A stretch of DNA of 64,000 bases from Basidiobolus meristosporus CBS 931.73 (Eukaryota; Fungi; Basidiobolomycota). The position numbers and the translations under genes are program-made. Within the stretch, counting starts at the first letter, position 1, and each line of letters opens with the position of its first letter. The stretch is from the NCBI GenBank assembly GCA_002104905.1, contig MCFE01000468.1, positions 5,947 through 69,946 of the forward strand, given 5' to 3'. Under the pieces are notes generated by a model, which did not search any database, was not told the DNA's origin, and worked only from the letters and a program-made list of their open reading frames with translations. Of the stretch, positions 46,691-60,500 are shown one piece after another.

Positions 46691-49218
46691 GAATAATCAT
46701 ACAATCATAGATCTGAGGAAAGTGGCAATGTTAGAGCTGTAAATTAGTCCCACAGTGACTAAGACTAGTCCAGAATTGCCAAGTAAAATTTTAGCAGCAG
46801 AATGATACCAAATAGTCCAATATGTTGACACTCCCTCTGAACTGTATAATTTCTTAAACCTAATTTCTGCCTGAGATGCTCAAATTGTGGCCTAGCTGGT
46901 GGTATTGTCAATATATCTGCCACCATTTTGGTAGTTGGGCAGTACACTAACTCTACCAAGTTATTTTTTACAGCTTCCCTCACAAAGTAAGGCTGTATAT
47001 CAATGTGTTTAGCTCTGGCATGATTAGTAGGATTTCTAGCTAATGAAATACAACTTTGATTATCCTTGTAAATACATCTTGGTTCATCTGAATTAAAACC
47101 TAGGTCTTTGAATAATTTTTGTAGCCATATAGCTTCCTAAGTTGCTTGACATGCAGCCAAATATTTTGCTTCAGTTGTGGATACGCCCACAGTTGGTTGT
47201 TTCTTGCAATTCCAAGTAATAATGGCACCAACATAAAGAAATACATAGCCCGTGGTGGAGCATCTGTCAATCAGATTTCTACCTCAATCTGAAGCACTAT
47301 AACCATCAAGTATTTGCCTATTTGCTGCTCCAGAGTAATCTAGTATCATATTTATGGTACCTTGTAGATATCTGAAAATCCGCTTAACTGCCGCAATTTG
47401 ATCTGATCCATAATGCTGCATGAATTGACTGACTCTTCCAACTGCCACTGCAATATCTAGATATATAGCCACCATTAAGAACATTAGGCTAACAACCATT
47501 GACTGATAGGGGAAGTTTTGGTCCACATTTGAGACATTTTAATCTATGACCGGCTGAGATTTGCTTAACGTCAGGTTATTGTCCACTGGGGTAGCTGCCG
47601 GTTTGCAATTTTCCATTTTGAAGCATCTAAGAATATCCCTGATGTACTTAGACTGAGTCATCTCAATTTTCTGTATAGGTATTTCAAGTTTGACCTCAAT
47701 TTCAAAACAAAAGCTCAATTTTCCATGATCTTTCATCTCAACCTTGCTGAAGAGATCTGATTTTGTATGTATAAGTGCCTCTTGGTCACATGTAGTTATA
47801 ATTAGGCTGTCCACATAAAGAACTAGGATGATCACACCCTTTTTGAGCTGTCTCACATATATACTGTGATCTGCAGTGCAATAAGTGAACCCAATTTCCT
47901 CTAGATATGTGTCAATCTTGTTATACCATGCTCTAAGTGCCTGCTGAAGCTCATACATCAATTTTCTAAGTTTGCACAACTTACAGCGGTCATTTGGATT
48001 GGTAAAACCTTCTGGTTGCTCCATATATATAGTCTCTTGCAAATCCTCATTTAGAGAAGCTGTTTTGATGTCCATTTGGTGTAGATCTAGACTGTGTACA
48101 GCTGCCAGGGCTAGAACTGTCCTAATGGAGTTCAACTTGGCAACCAGAGCAAATGTTGCCTTAAAGTCTAGTCCCTGGATCTAGGAATAGCCTTTAGCCA
48201 CCAATCTAGCTTTGTACTTATCAATGGCACCATTTAAGATTATCTTGATCTTGTAAATCCATCTACATCCTATTGGCTTTCTTCCATTTGGTAAATCTAC
48301 CAGCTCCCACATTTTTACCATGATCAGTGATTGGTACTCCTCCTGCATGGCTGTTGCCACATAGTAGCATCTGGATCTTGCATAGCCTGTTCCAGATTCT
48401 GAGGTTTGGCACATAAGGCAAGATAAGCTTCTTCATGATCATTGGATGTCTGCCACCAGATTCAAGGGCATTTCTTATTCTGGTAGATCTCCTAACTGGG
48501 ATAATCTGATCTGATCTGGAACTGGTAGAAGTACTTCCGTATCTGGCTGGATTTGGTACGTATCTTTTTCATTGGTGTTGATTGTATCATCAGGCAACTG
48601 GTCAATGATTTCTGTGGCTTTCTGATCTAAATTCTCCTCAAATACAATGTCCCCACTCTTGATATGCTTCTGAATTTTGCCACCATACACTCTATACCCT
48701 TCAGTATCTTCACAATACCCAAGAAAGATCCCTCTCCTACTCTTTGGTTCCAACTTTGGGCGTTTTTTATCAGGGATGTAATAAAAAACATCACTGCCAA
48801 AGATCTTAAAGTGCTGGAGATCTGGGTTTTTGCCTGTATATGCTTCAAAGGGTATAGATTCATGTAGAGCTACTGTTGGGCATCTGTGCTTGATGTACAC
48901 AGCGGTAGCAACAGATTCAGCCCAAAACCTGTGGTCCATTCCCTTGAAAAGTAGCGTAGATCTTCCCATCTCTACGATTGCTCTATTTGCATATTCTGCT
49001 ACTCCATTCTGCTGTGGAGTATGAGGAACTGTTGTCTGTTGAAGTATACCAGTAGACAAGCAGTATTTTGCAAACTCCTTTGAACAGTATTCTCCTCCAT
49101 TGCACTTTATAGTACCTTCAATTTACACCCAGTGTGTGCTTCTGTCATGTTCTTGAAGTGTTTAAACGTTTATAAAGCCTCACCCATTGTTTTGAGGAAG
49201 TAAACCCATGTATATATT

Positions 49219-49952
49219 AGACTTGTTCTGTTGGATAGTGCCACATTGAGCCATGAGTGCCAAATGATGCCATAGTGTGCCAGAGAGGTCAAGTGAGCCT
49301 ATACTTGGCCACACAGTGTGGAACATAGCTCTGCATCTTCATGTAAAGCAGCCCCTGTGTTTCACTCATTGCGCAGGAGAAAATCCATTTTTTGACCTTT
49401 TTTTGTGGACCAATGTAGCTCAGGATGTGAAAGAGCACAGGAGAACTGAAGATATGCATCTGGTACTCAATACCCATGGCACTCTGAATCTAGCTCCTGT
49501 AGCTTGTATCATGTCACAAAAATGAATGGCACTATCTTGGTCCACTGGTACTATCTGGCACTATAATTAAATATTAGCCCTAAAATAAGATCTATACAAA
49601 GCACTTATAGTGCCAGATAGTACCAGTGGACCAAGATAGTGCCATTCATTTTTGTGACATGATACAAGCTACAGGAGCTAGATTCAGAGTGCCATGGGTA
49701 TTGAGTACCAGATGCATAGCTTCAATTGGCTTGTGCTCTAACACATCCTGCACAACATTGATCCAAACAAAAAGGTCAAAAAATGGATTTTCTCCAACTC
49801 AATGGGTGAAACACAGGGGCTGCTTTGCCTGAAGATGCGGAGCTATGTTTCACACTCTGTGGCCAGGTAGAGGCTCACTTGGCTTCTCTGGCACACTATG
49901 GCATCATTTGGCACTCATGGCTCAATGTGGCACTATCCAACAGATCAAGTCT
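49219..49952. mobile_element. Foldback non-autonomous PHIS element, copy 2 (734 bp), TSD ATT, inserted in Copia integrase
   Basis: ATT|AGACTTGTTCTGTTGG ... CCAACAGATCAAGTCT|ATT; removal restores DKTIYTWVYFLKT. Confidence 0.92.
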
Positions 49953-52179
49953 ATTGTTTTGTCAGCCATAAACATCCTTAAGTATCTCTTAGCTCCAATG
50001 GACAGCGTTCTCATGGCATACAGACACTCCATTTGGTTGAAATTGAGGAACTTAGGTCTAAAAAAGCTTGGTTTTCACTAATTGACACATTTTTGGGCAC
50101 CCAATTTGTCCAAGCCTCCTATGCCATGTGTCCCAGGTAGTATCATCAGTTTCAGCAATGTTGGCATATTCAGCCACAATGATCTTGCATTGTAACTTGA
50201 ATATATTGTGCCCTCTGATACCCATAGCTAACTTTTATCCATATTCACTCAATATTGGGCAGTTCAGCTTAGTAAAACAAATTTCAGTCACTGAGCAGTT
50301 ACTTTATTGGCTGAGAGCAAGTTTTTAGCTATTCCAGGTACGTAGAATACATCTGTGAGTTTTGCTGCTGTAGCCTCTGAGGTATCACTCATATTTAAAG
50401 TATAGACCCACTAGAGGTAGCTTCCTGAGCAGAGTTGTCTCCCAATTAAACCATTCTTGCAGAAATAGTCCTTAAGATGCTGAACTACTCCTTTATATGG
50501 TATATATCCTGTGATGTTCCAGAGTCAACACACCATTTATTACTTTGTTAATTGCACTCTCTTGTACAGTGACAAATAACTGTTCATCAGTAGTTGTATG
50601 GTTTGCCTGCTTCAGTTCCTGTTTTTTGTCTGCATGCTTCTTCTTGCATTCTCTTGCCCAGTGTCCTAGCTTCTTACAGTAGTTACAGCAACCAGGTTTT
50701 CTTTAGCTTTGGTTTTGTTGCTTCCCATCTTTTCTGAGTGCTTTTCTGGACTGAATAAAACATTATCTTCGATTTTTGCTGCTTGATCATTATGTCTGAG
50801 TCCTTCATGGAGAAGTCTTCCATTGAAATAGTCTAAAGTCAAGTTGTCTTCTCTGCTTTCAAAAGAAAGTATGAGTTTCTCATACTTGTCTGGTAGGCTT
50901 CAAGGAGACAGAGTATCTTTTCTTCATCATGTATACCAGCATTAATACTATAAATTGCTTCTACTAGTGTCTCCATTCTGGTAATGAGTTGTGGCAAGTC
51001 ATCATCTGGCTTTTTCCTCATGTTGAAAAACTTTTATTTAAACAAAGCTTGCTCAATACTGACTAAAGACCTTTCTCTCCTACTCTTGAAACTTCTCCAC
51101 TTCTTCTGCTGTTCCTTTGGGCTTAACTTCTTTTCCTGTCACTATATTCCAAAGCTTTCTTTCCTCAAGGTGGAGCTGCCTCTTGTTTCTCCAAAGATTG
51201 TAGTTCTTCCAATCAAGCCTCTCCTTTACAGGGAAGATTTGTGTATTTCTCTATTTGCTGGTAGAAGTCATGTTTAGAATAGGTTAAGGCAATTGGGGCT
51301 CATAACCAGTTGCAATTTATGAAGTGATTTGGATATAAGAAACTTATCATGATATAGTCATAATAGATGAACTGTTATTTATTCATAAAGAGGAGTGGTA
51401 TTTATACCTTTGTAGAAGTAATACAGCTGTAACATCAAGTAAAAGGGTTTCTTGACATTCAGGAGCATTCTGTAACAGTTTCACAGTTAGTACATAATGT
51501 TTGGTAAAATGTGTTAATTTAATTTTCAATATAGGGCAATAACCTAAGAATCATATGTGCGAAGAATCTGGCAAAGTTGGGGCTGCAAATAGATCCTACA
51601 GTGACTAATACTACTCTAAAATTGCTGCAAATGGGAATGCTCTGATGATCTTAAATGGTACACTTTATTGTAGCTTGAACATCTCTCAAGTGCTGTTTCC
51701 CAGCAATGCAGAGTTTACAAGTGTCAATTCCTCTAGCAGTTTAGTCTTATCAAGTCTCTGCTGCATCTTTTCTGCACTTTTGGATAGCTTAGTTTGTGCC
51801 TCTTGAAGTATTTGTTGAAACAAATAGAAGTTCACCTAATTATCAATGTACTGTGAAGTAGCACTTAGTTAAGTTATATATTTCTGCGTATTAACTCAAA
51901 AATAAGTTATTAAACCATGGCATATTATTAGGAATTAGGAAGTACATAATTTTGCGAGAATCTCAATCTTGTCCAAATGAGCTGAAATTTGGCACATGTG
52001 CTTCTGAGACTCCACTAATTATGACTAAACAGTTACTTAAACATAGTTTGAAATAAGCATTAATACTGTGTTGCAACTAAATCAGTTATCAAGTAAATAT
52101 CATATAAATCTTCCAGTTCTCCATTTCACTTCAAACATGTCACTCAAATATTTCAGCAGTTTTTGTTCCAATAGTTAGT

Positions 52180-53040
52180 AGACTTGTTCCATCATATGGC
52201 GCTAGGGTGTGCAGAGCCACTATTGGCTGTTAAGCACAATCAGGTGCAGTGCTGTAGCTACTAGTAGGCATGATTTCTCTTGTACAATACTGCGCTATAT
52301 AGGACAATCTTGCAAACTATGGCACAATCTGACACAATAAGGTTGGCACAGACAATTGCACTAACTTATAGTGCTTTCATTGTGTGCACAATTGGATACT
52401 ACTATTGTGGTAGGTAAAGTTTAGTATTTGGATATTTTACTTTATTGTATATGAAAATAAATGTGAATCACAAAATACACTACACTGTTACTTGCCAACT
52501 AGGTTATAATCACTCCAATTGGACAGGTTGTCAGTGATTGATTGGTCTAAAAGTATTCTAAAGCTCAAAGCCACCAATTAGCTCATTGACCAACTTATAA
52601 GCCACCCCATTTGTCATCAAATATCCCATTTTGCACATTGAGCAAGCAAGTCTCTGATTTTAGTGATTGGACTTGGTGTCATTGATAGTAACTGGTTGGC
52701 TAGGTGCAGGACAGATCAAATAGCTACACTAGTGTTAGAGTTGATGTATAAATATGCAGTGTAATTTCTTTTAGGGGTTCTGTCTCAAGAGTGAGACAAC
52801 CTTTGTAATACTTACATCAAAAATTTAGTGATCACCGGATTACAATGGCTTGAGTTGGATTGCAAAAAAATTTGTGTTGTATGGATCATGACAAATGATA
52901 GAGATTCAGTACAATTGCATCATCTCCTCCTAGGTCTTTTTCTGATAGTGATTACTATTGAAGCATTTGGCAGTAATGCACTTTGCACAACTAAGCTACT
53001 TCCTTATTGACCATCATCTTGCCAACTTGTGTACTAGTAG
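52180..53040. mobile_element. PHIS left-end fragment (copy D) with the accessory-gene 3' part on the minus strand
   Basis: AGT|AGACTTGTTCCATC; collinear with 16634-17480. Confidence 0.75.
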
Positions 53041-54655
53041 ACAGTCTAGCTAAACACCCTATTTTTATACAACTCCTTTACCAAGACTTGTACCAATGAT
53101 AGCTACAATAATCAAGAGTCTTTTCAAGAAAGAGGAGGTTGCCAATTCCAAGATGTCAGAAAATCAAGAATGGAAAAATGCTAAGCAGCTAATCATGGCC
53201 TAACAGCAATAGTTACTCCAGATCCTCAGTCAGCAGTAATAAGTAATGACTACTATGGTACAGAATCAGCTAAGCCCTGTCAAGAGCAACCTTAGTGTGA
53301 TGGTCAACCTGTACCATGGTAGAGTGACTGAAAGCCTGGGAGCTTGGCTCTTTCAAATTGAAGAGACTCTCAAGATAAACAAATTGTCCCAGAAAGCAAT
53401 TTGCATTGTGCAGCTTCATATTTGGCAAATGCAGCCTCACAGTGTTACCCCAAAAATATCAGGTCCACCACTATGAGGGGATGCTTAGCTAGCTCAACCT
53501 AGGATGAGTTTTTGTTGGAAATTGAGGATGCTTTTAAGCCTCCTGACCAGCAAATGTTACCAAGGGGGATTCTGAACTCAATAAAATAGAAAGGAACAGT
53601 TCAAGGATACATATATGTGTATTGATATCTACTTGGACAGATTGATAGAATGGAGCCCCTTGATCAAGCTGAATACTTTATTAATGGGTCAAAAGAAAGA
53701 ACTTGCAGGAAGTGAGTTATTGAAGACCATAGACTATTGAAGAAGCCATCAAGATTGCCATTAGCTATGACTCTGCTGTGTCTGGGGCTCAGAAGCCTAT
53801 AATGACTAACCAGAGAGGCTATGATCACTATGAAGCAAGACAGTTAGATGCAGTACCAATGGAAACAGAAGCTATGTAGAAGAATCCTACCTCAGAAGAA
53901 TGTAAGAAGGAAGGGCTTTGCTTCAATTGCCACCAGTAAGGACATCTTGTAAAGACTCATATATCACCTTCTATATGACAGAAGAATACCTACCCCAGAC
54001 AACCTCAAACTCAGGAAAGCTATTATACTTGAATGGAGTAATCAATGGAGTACCTGCCAAGATCATGATTGACTCAGGAGCATCACATGAGTACACATCA
54101 GAGTAATTTGCCTTGAGACCTGGAATCAGCTTGGATCCCACCAAATCCACTTCAGTCTCAACAGTTCATGGGAGCTCTCAAATAGCTAATGGTATTATTC
54201 AGCCAGTAAGAATAAAGATCAATGATTATGAAGATGAATACAGGCCTATACAGATGGGAACTGAAAGTGTAATTTTGTACTTTGGGAAAACATGGCTATT
54301 CTATTGTAATCTACCATTCACCTGGATAACCCATGCCAACCAGATCCAAAAAGACAACCAGACTTATGAGCTCTCACCTGCTAGAGAGTAATTGAGCAAG
54401 GACAATTCCAGCATCTGTAAAACAAGTGAACATAGCAAGAGACAGCTCTGTAGACCACTTGGAAAAGGTACACAGATGTTCCTCATGGCAGTATTAGAGG
54501 AGAACTCCTCTATTCCAGTACCCCATAAGATCCAGACTCTTTTGAAGTAATATTCAGATGTGTTTCCAGATAGGCTTGTAAGACATTCACTATGCAGATA
54601 TGTAGATCAAGCCATTGGCACATGTGACAGCCCCTCAGTGGGCAAGACACCCTAC
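53040..54655 (+). mobile_element. Heavily decayed Gypsy fragment (LTR end, gag, protease) of the 58.5-kb family
   Basis: Paralogous to 62585-60900 (GESLGAWLFQIEE, MIDSGASH, GKTWLF, KTPYR). Confidence 0.75.
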
Positions 54656-55164
54656 AGGATTGAAGACCTGCATCTGGTGCTCCATATACATGGCACTCAG
54701 AATCTAGCTCCTATGGCTTGGATCATGTCACAAAAATGAATGGCACTATCTTGGCCAACTGGTACTATCTGGTACTACAAGTGCATTGTATAGGTTTCAA
54801 TTTATGGCTACTATTTAAATACAGTGCCAGATAGTACCAGTTGGCCAAGATAGCGCCATTCATTTTTGTGACATGATATAAGCCATAGGAGCTAGATTCT
54901 GAGTCCATGTGTATGGAGTACCAGATGCAGGTCTTCAATCCTTTTGTGGTCTTACACATCCTGCAAAACATTGATCCAAAAGAAAGGTCAATAACTGAAT
55001 TTTCTCTGGCTTGATGGGTGAAACACAGGGGCTGCTTTGCATGAAGATGAAGAGCTATGTTTCACACTCTGTTGCCAAGCATAGGCTTTCTTGGCTTCTG
55101 TGGCACACTATTGCACTGTTTGGCACTCATGGCTCAATGTGATACTATCCAATGGAACAAGTCC
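54655..55164. mobile_element. Foldback PHIS element, copy 3 (diverged, left arm truncated)
   Basis: Inner arms inverted around a ~45-bp spacer; right end CCAATGGAACAAGTCC|ACT. Confidence 0.8.
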
Positions 55165-57130
55165 ACTGAATGACAATGCACTGGGGAGTTCTCACTTGGT
55201 CTTTGGTTGCTAGGAAAGAAAAGGTAGCTTTCATACCCACAGGCATAGCTAAGCAGTTACCGTCTTGGCCCAGTAGGGCTTGAGCTTCTAAAGGGCTTGC
55301 ATCAACCATCAATAAAGATGGCCATTCAGTGTTCTGATAGTCAAGAGGTCTTAGAACTGGTGGGGATACTAGGGCCTCCTTTAGTAGTTGCATTGCATTT
55401 TCTTGCTGTTCTCTCTATATAAATGTGGCATTCTTTCTTTGTAGTTGGCAAACTAGTTCTGCAATTTCAGAAAATCATGGTTTCCAGATCCTAAAGAACC
55501 CAAAAGCTGCCACAAAGCCACAAGCTTGGGTCAGGTTTGTGGGAGTGGGCCAGTTGCATATCTATTGTATTTTGGAGTCTTCAGATAAGCAACCATAAGT
55601 GTTGCATGTTTGTCCAACAATAGATATCTCTGATATACCATAGCTGCTCTACTCACCATTGATAAAGAGTCCTGCTTCTTCAGTAGCTCCTAATATAGCA
55701 TTGTTGTCCAAGATGTGGTCATAGACAAGCTTTCCTACTCCAGGCATAACTTCAGTAGTGTCCCAGAACCTTGGTCCTTGGATGCCTATGTTATCAATAA
55801 AGACAGCAAGTGTCTCAGGTTTTAGCTGGTACAGCACATCCACTATGCATCTCTGAAATTGAGTCATGGATTTTGTAGCTCCTTAGCTGAGTCTTGTCAT
55901 CTGTGACAGTTGAAATGGTGTCTGGAGTGCAAATATATCTCTTGATGTCTCATCTAGGTGGAGCTGGTCATATCCTGAGTAGGGATCACATACTGAGTAG
56001 ATTGAGTAGCCACTGAAGCTCTCTGCAAAGTCATCAATAGATGGAGGTATTGCAGCATCTCTGATAGTGACAGCATCTGCAGGTTGCATGTCTTGAATGA
56101 ATTAGAGCTTTTTATTCTTCTTTTTGGTCACAAACCATCTGCTAGAGTATGGTCCATGCAAAGGCTCTGAAATACCAGCATCAATCTTTTTCTTGGGTAG
56201 ATCATGCACATCAGCTTGGAGTCCTGGGGCAGTGGGTAAGCCCTGAATGACCAGGGCATGTATGGCATTTTATGAACCTTAATAGGCTTTTCAACTAATG
56301 TCTTCAAGAGCCCCATCTCCTGGTCATCATATGTGAAAGCCTTATCATGCATTTTATGGGTTTCTTCAAATAGTAAGATCTCCTCTGGTGTTAGATTACC
56401 ATTACCAATGATATGTTGCCTAAGTCTCTCAGGTGTTGCTTCTGGTGGGGTAATGCCATCAGCAAGTCAAGATCCATAAGTCAAAGTTGAAAGTGATGGT
56501 TTAATTGTCTGCTCAACTGTCGTGTCTATTATTTGAGCTATGGCTGTCTGTGCTGGTATACCTAATGCGCAGCACTAAGTGTTAGGTTGTATTTTGTCAG
56601 GCTCCTCATCTTTTTCTATAGCAAGATGCCTCTTCTGGCAAGCAGTGTGTGTCCTCTCATTGTTGGGTGATACACCACAGAAGGTTGACTGTAGTCCCAG
56701 GTTTGATCCTTCTATAGTCTACCACACTAACCCATTGAAATAGTGGATAGTAGTAGCCTTGGTGCTGATTTCCCATGGCCTACCCAGCAGAAGGTCTAAG
56801 TTTGCTTTCTGCCTAATAAAGAGGGGAAGCCAGTCCCTGATTTCTTGTACCTTAATTGGGAACTTGTGCACTACACCATAAAGTGGACTAGATCCTGAGG
56901 TTGCATCAGTCATGTTCCATCCAATATCTCTATCAACAGGCAGCAGTGCCTTGCTACTGAGTGTCTTCCAGAAGTCTAGCAGCATAGCACATATCTTTGA
57001 GCCACTGTCAATATGACAGTCAACAGAGTCTTCATATATATATTCTTTCACCACAGTGGTTGCAACTGAGTAAAAGGTCTTATGGTCAGAACTATCCTCA
57101 TTCTTCTGGTGGTCATCATAATTTGTCAGT
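55165..57130 (-). mobile_element. Decayed Gypsy pol fragment of a third family (protease, RT, RNase H start)
   Basis: HIDSGSKIC, LLLGRPW, YSVCDPYSGYDQ, AVFIDNIGIQG, LKEALVSPPVL..LMVDASP. Confidence 0.75.
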
Positions 57131-57544
57131 TGAGGGCTTGAGTAACCCAATGAAAGATAATTTGGTCCTGTGGGTGGATCCATTCTGGATTAGCCATCAA
57201 GATTCTGTCAGAAGACTACTATAATACCAGCAACTTGGAATTAATGACCATCTATATGATCTTGTGACAGGATCACAACGCATTTTGCTAACTTTACAGC
57301 CAACAAAAAGTTGATAAAATATAACAGTGTTTGCACAGTGTTTTGCAAAGGGTGGCAAAGCATTGTTGCAGTCTTAGTGAGCTTTAAACCTATTTGAGCA
57401 GATCTAACCAGCCAGTATATCCAATTGTCTTACATGGCAAAGATATGAAGGTGTTTTGATGGCCTCCTTGCAGGCCTCTGAAGGCACTATCACAGTAGTA
57501 TGGAAACCTACAGCTAATTCTGTATAATGCTACCATACCAATTA

Positions 57545-60500
57545 ATCAAATGAAGTTTCTTTTCTACCTCCTCTTGCACATTTAGCATATTCCACTGAAT
57601 AATCACTCCTCATTATTTGCTTACCAACTACTACCTTAGGTATTCCTCATATAGTTTGCATCAAAAAATACTATGGCCTCCTGCTTACTATCCACTTCAA
57701 GTGCATACACCTGTTGCATTTGACATACTTCTATCACCTCAACTTTACGCCTTTTTAGTGTGATACTTGCCAAGCTGCCATATACTGTCTATTGCTGGAA
57801 ACATATACATCTTACAAACACATGCTTGGTTGCCACCACTTCTGCCATAAATGCCTCCTGAATATCCGCAAAGAACTTCTTGGTATTTAGCCAAAATATT
57901 CCTTCTCCCTGCTGGATTCTGATCCCCCTTATAGGTGTAATCTGGTTCTTGTTTGCATAAGTTTTGTATTGAACTGTGTAGAAACAGGCTTGTAGCCAAG
58001 AGAAATCCAGTGCACCTTGGTAGAGTTTTCCTTATAGAAATTAGTTACTTGTTGCCCCCAACACAACTTTGTATTGATTAACTGATCACCCATGCATAGG
58101 AGCTGCTTAGCTTTGTAATGCCATAGGCATAGTTGTCTCAATGTGCATATCTGTTCTCAGGGTTTCCAAGCTGTTCCTGGCTGTACACCATGTTCAAGCT
58201 CATCACATCCATCATGGACTTGAAGGTAATATTCTTGATAAGATTAGGATATGTTAGTACCTTTGACTTGACTTGTCCTCCTGTCTCCCCACACATATGC
58301 TCCAAAAGAAGCTCCCAGAAGGTGAAGCAAGGTCCCATATTCTCAGCACACCAGGCAAGATGGAGTAGCAAATGGATACAGTGGCAGCAGAGGTCTACAC
58401 ATTCAGCTTTATGTTTGTGCTATAGTTGCTCAAATCCTATCATCATGTCTTTGCACAAAAGCTGCAGATGTGTCAAGTTGGCATTGGTGATGTTACAAGT
58501 CTTGGTATAAGAGTTGTAGAGGAATAGGGAGTTTAGCTAGTATTGTATTCACTAAAACTTGAACTGATTTTTATTGAGGTTCCAGCAGCTCCTTATACAC
58601 ATTTTGCCAGATAAATTCCTGACTAATTGTATTTCCTAATGTAGGTTGTGGCTGATGACTCATTTGATTGCATCATCATCACCCAATAAGATCCTACTTA
58701 ATATATCTATTTCTGTCTGATAAGGATCTGCTGATTCATTTGCTGACTAATGCTACTGATTTGATAGATAATACTGATACACTGATAACCTAAACATATA
58801 CTAGTTGATTTGACTAAAAACTGATCTAACTTAAATATTTAGCGGCAGATCATAACATTCTCCCCTACTAAAGAGTAGAGGGTTCTCCTGAATCTCTTTT
58901 CTTGTGATACCAATATCTTGATGGTTTGGTATTATCAGCAAGTCTTGCAAGCTTGAGTCTGTCCCTATGCACTAAGTCTTCCCGGATATTGCCTTGTTTG
59001 TCCACCAGTTGGTAAGTTGCAAATGGACATTCTCTGATGATCTTGAATGGTCCTGTCCATTGTGGCTCAAACTTCTTCCAAGTGTTGTTTCTTAGCAATA
59101 CAAAGTTCCCAACTGTCAATGCTTCTGGTGCTATAGTCTTATCAAATCTCTGCTTCATCTTTTCTGCACTTTGAGATACTTTGGTCTGTGCCTCTTGGCG
59201 TCTTTGTTCCAGTTGCTCGTGTCTGCTTGGCTGACTGAGTTCATCTTCTAAGGTGTCTGTGAGCTTTGGTTGCGTGAGATCTCCTGGAATCCTAGATTCA
59301 CATCCATACATTAAGTAAAATGGTGATTGCTGGGTGGTGTTGTGTACTCTGACTCTGCATGCAAAGAGTGCTTGGTCTATATACTCATCCCATCTACTGA
59401 CAACTCCATTTGCATACTTGGTGAGCATTTTCCAAATAATCCATTAAACTGCTCAGTGACTCCATTAGTTCTGGGGTGATATGCCGAGGTTTTCAAGTGT
59501 CTGATCTACTGCATTTCCAGGTAAGCCTCTAATGTTTTTGCCACGAAGTTTGCTCCTCTATCAGATAAGATCTCCACAGGGCATCCAAACTTCATCAGGA
59601 TCTCATGGTAAATGAAACTTGCAACTTCTTGTTCACTGGCTATTGGTACAGCTTTAGCAACTGGCCATTTAGTGGCATGGTCAATTGCTACTAGGATCCA
59701 ACGGTTGCATTTCCTGGTAGTTGGCAGTCTTCCAATAAAGTCAATTCCCCATCTCTCAAATGGTCTTACAGGCTCCAAAGGGAAGAGTTTGGCAATTCTT
59801 TGTGGCTGGCCTTGATTGATTTGGCAGTTTGGGCATGTTTTCACTAGCTTCTCAATATCTTGTTTCATTCTGGGCCACCATGCTCTGGCTTTCACAAGGC
59901 TATAGGTTCCTTCAATCCCAAGATGTCCATATCCATTGTGTAGCTTATGTATTAAATCCAGGTGAGAAATATAAGGGCAATAGGCAATAGGGCTTCCATC
60001 AACAATTTGGTAGAGTGTTTCATTCTGTACTACAAATTTGCTGGCCTCATCATGGATTATCTTCTTGATATCTTCTTCCACCTCATTAGGAATGGCTTGG
60101 TCCTCCAAGTACTTTGGTAATAGGCTAGGCCAATCTGATTCATGCACCAAGTTGAGTTGTGCAACTTGATCCAATCTTGATAAGGCATCAGCAACCATGT
60201 TGTTTTTTCCAGGGCAGTAGACAATCTCCAGGTCGAATTGCTGAATGTATTCACTCCATCTTGTCATTGTTCTAGAGAGTACCTTCTGAGTAAATATAAA
60301 CCTTCTTAGGGTCTAAGGTCACTCCTGTGCTAGTCACTATGTGTCCCAGGTATTCAATGTGCTCCTTGAAGAATTCACACTTGGCTAGCTTGCCATATAG
60401 CTTGTTCTCTCTTAGTTTCTTCAAGACCTATTCAATGTGCACCATGTGATCCTTTTCTGTCTTGCTGTATATCAATATGTCATCCAGGTAGATTATCACA

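Larger units (their letters stand above)
41773..51681 (-). mobile_element. Second, more decayed Copia of the same family on the minus strand; its 3' LTR (46829-46691 and 42006-41773) is split by the + strand Copia
   Basis: Reverse-strand gag to RNase H at ~51270-46830 paralogous to 42411-46320; PBS complement GGGCTCATAACC at ~51296-51307; contains the foldback at 49219-49952. Confidence 0.85.
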
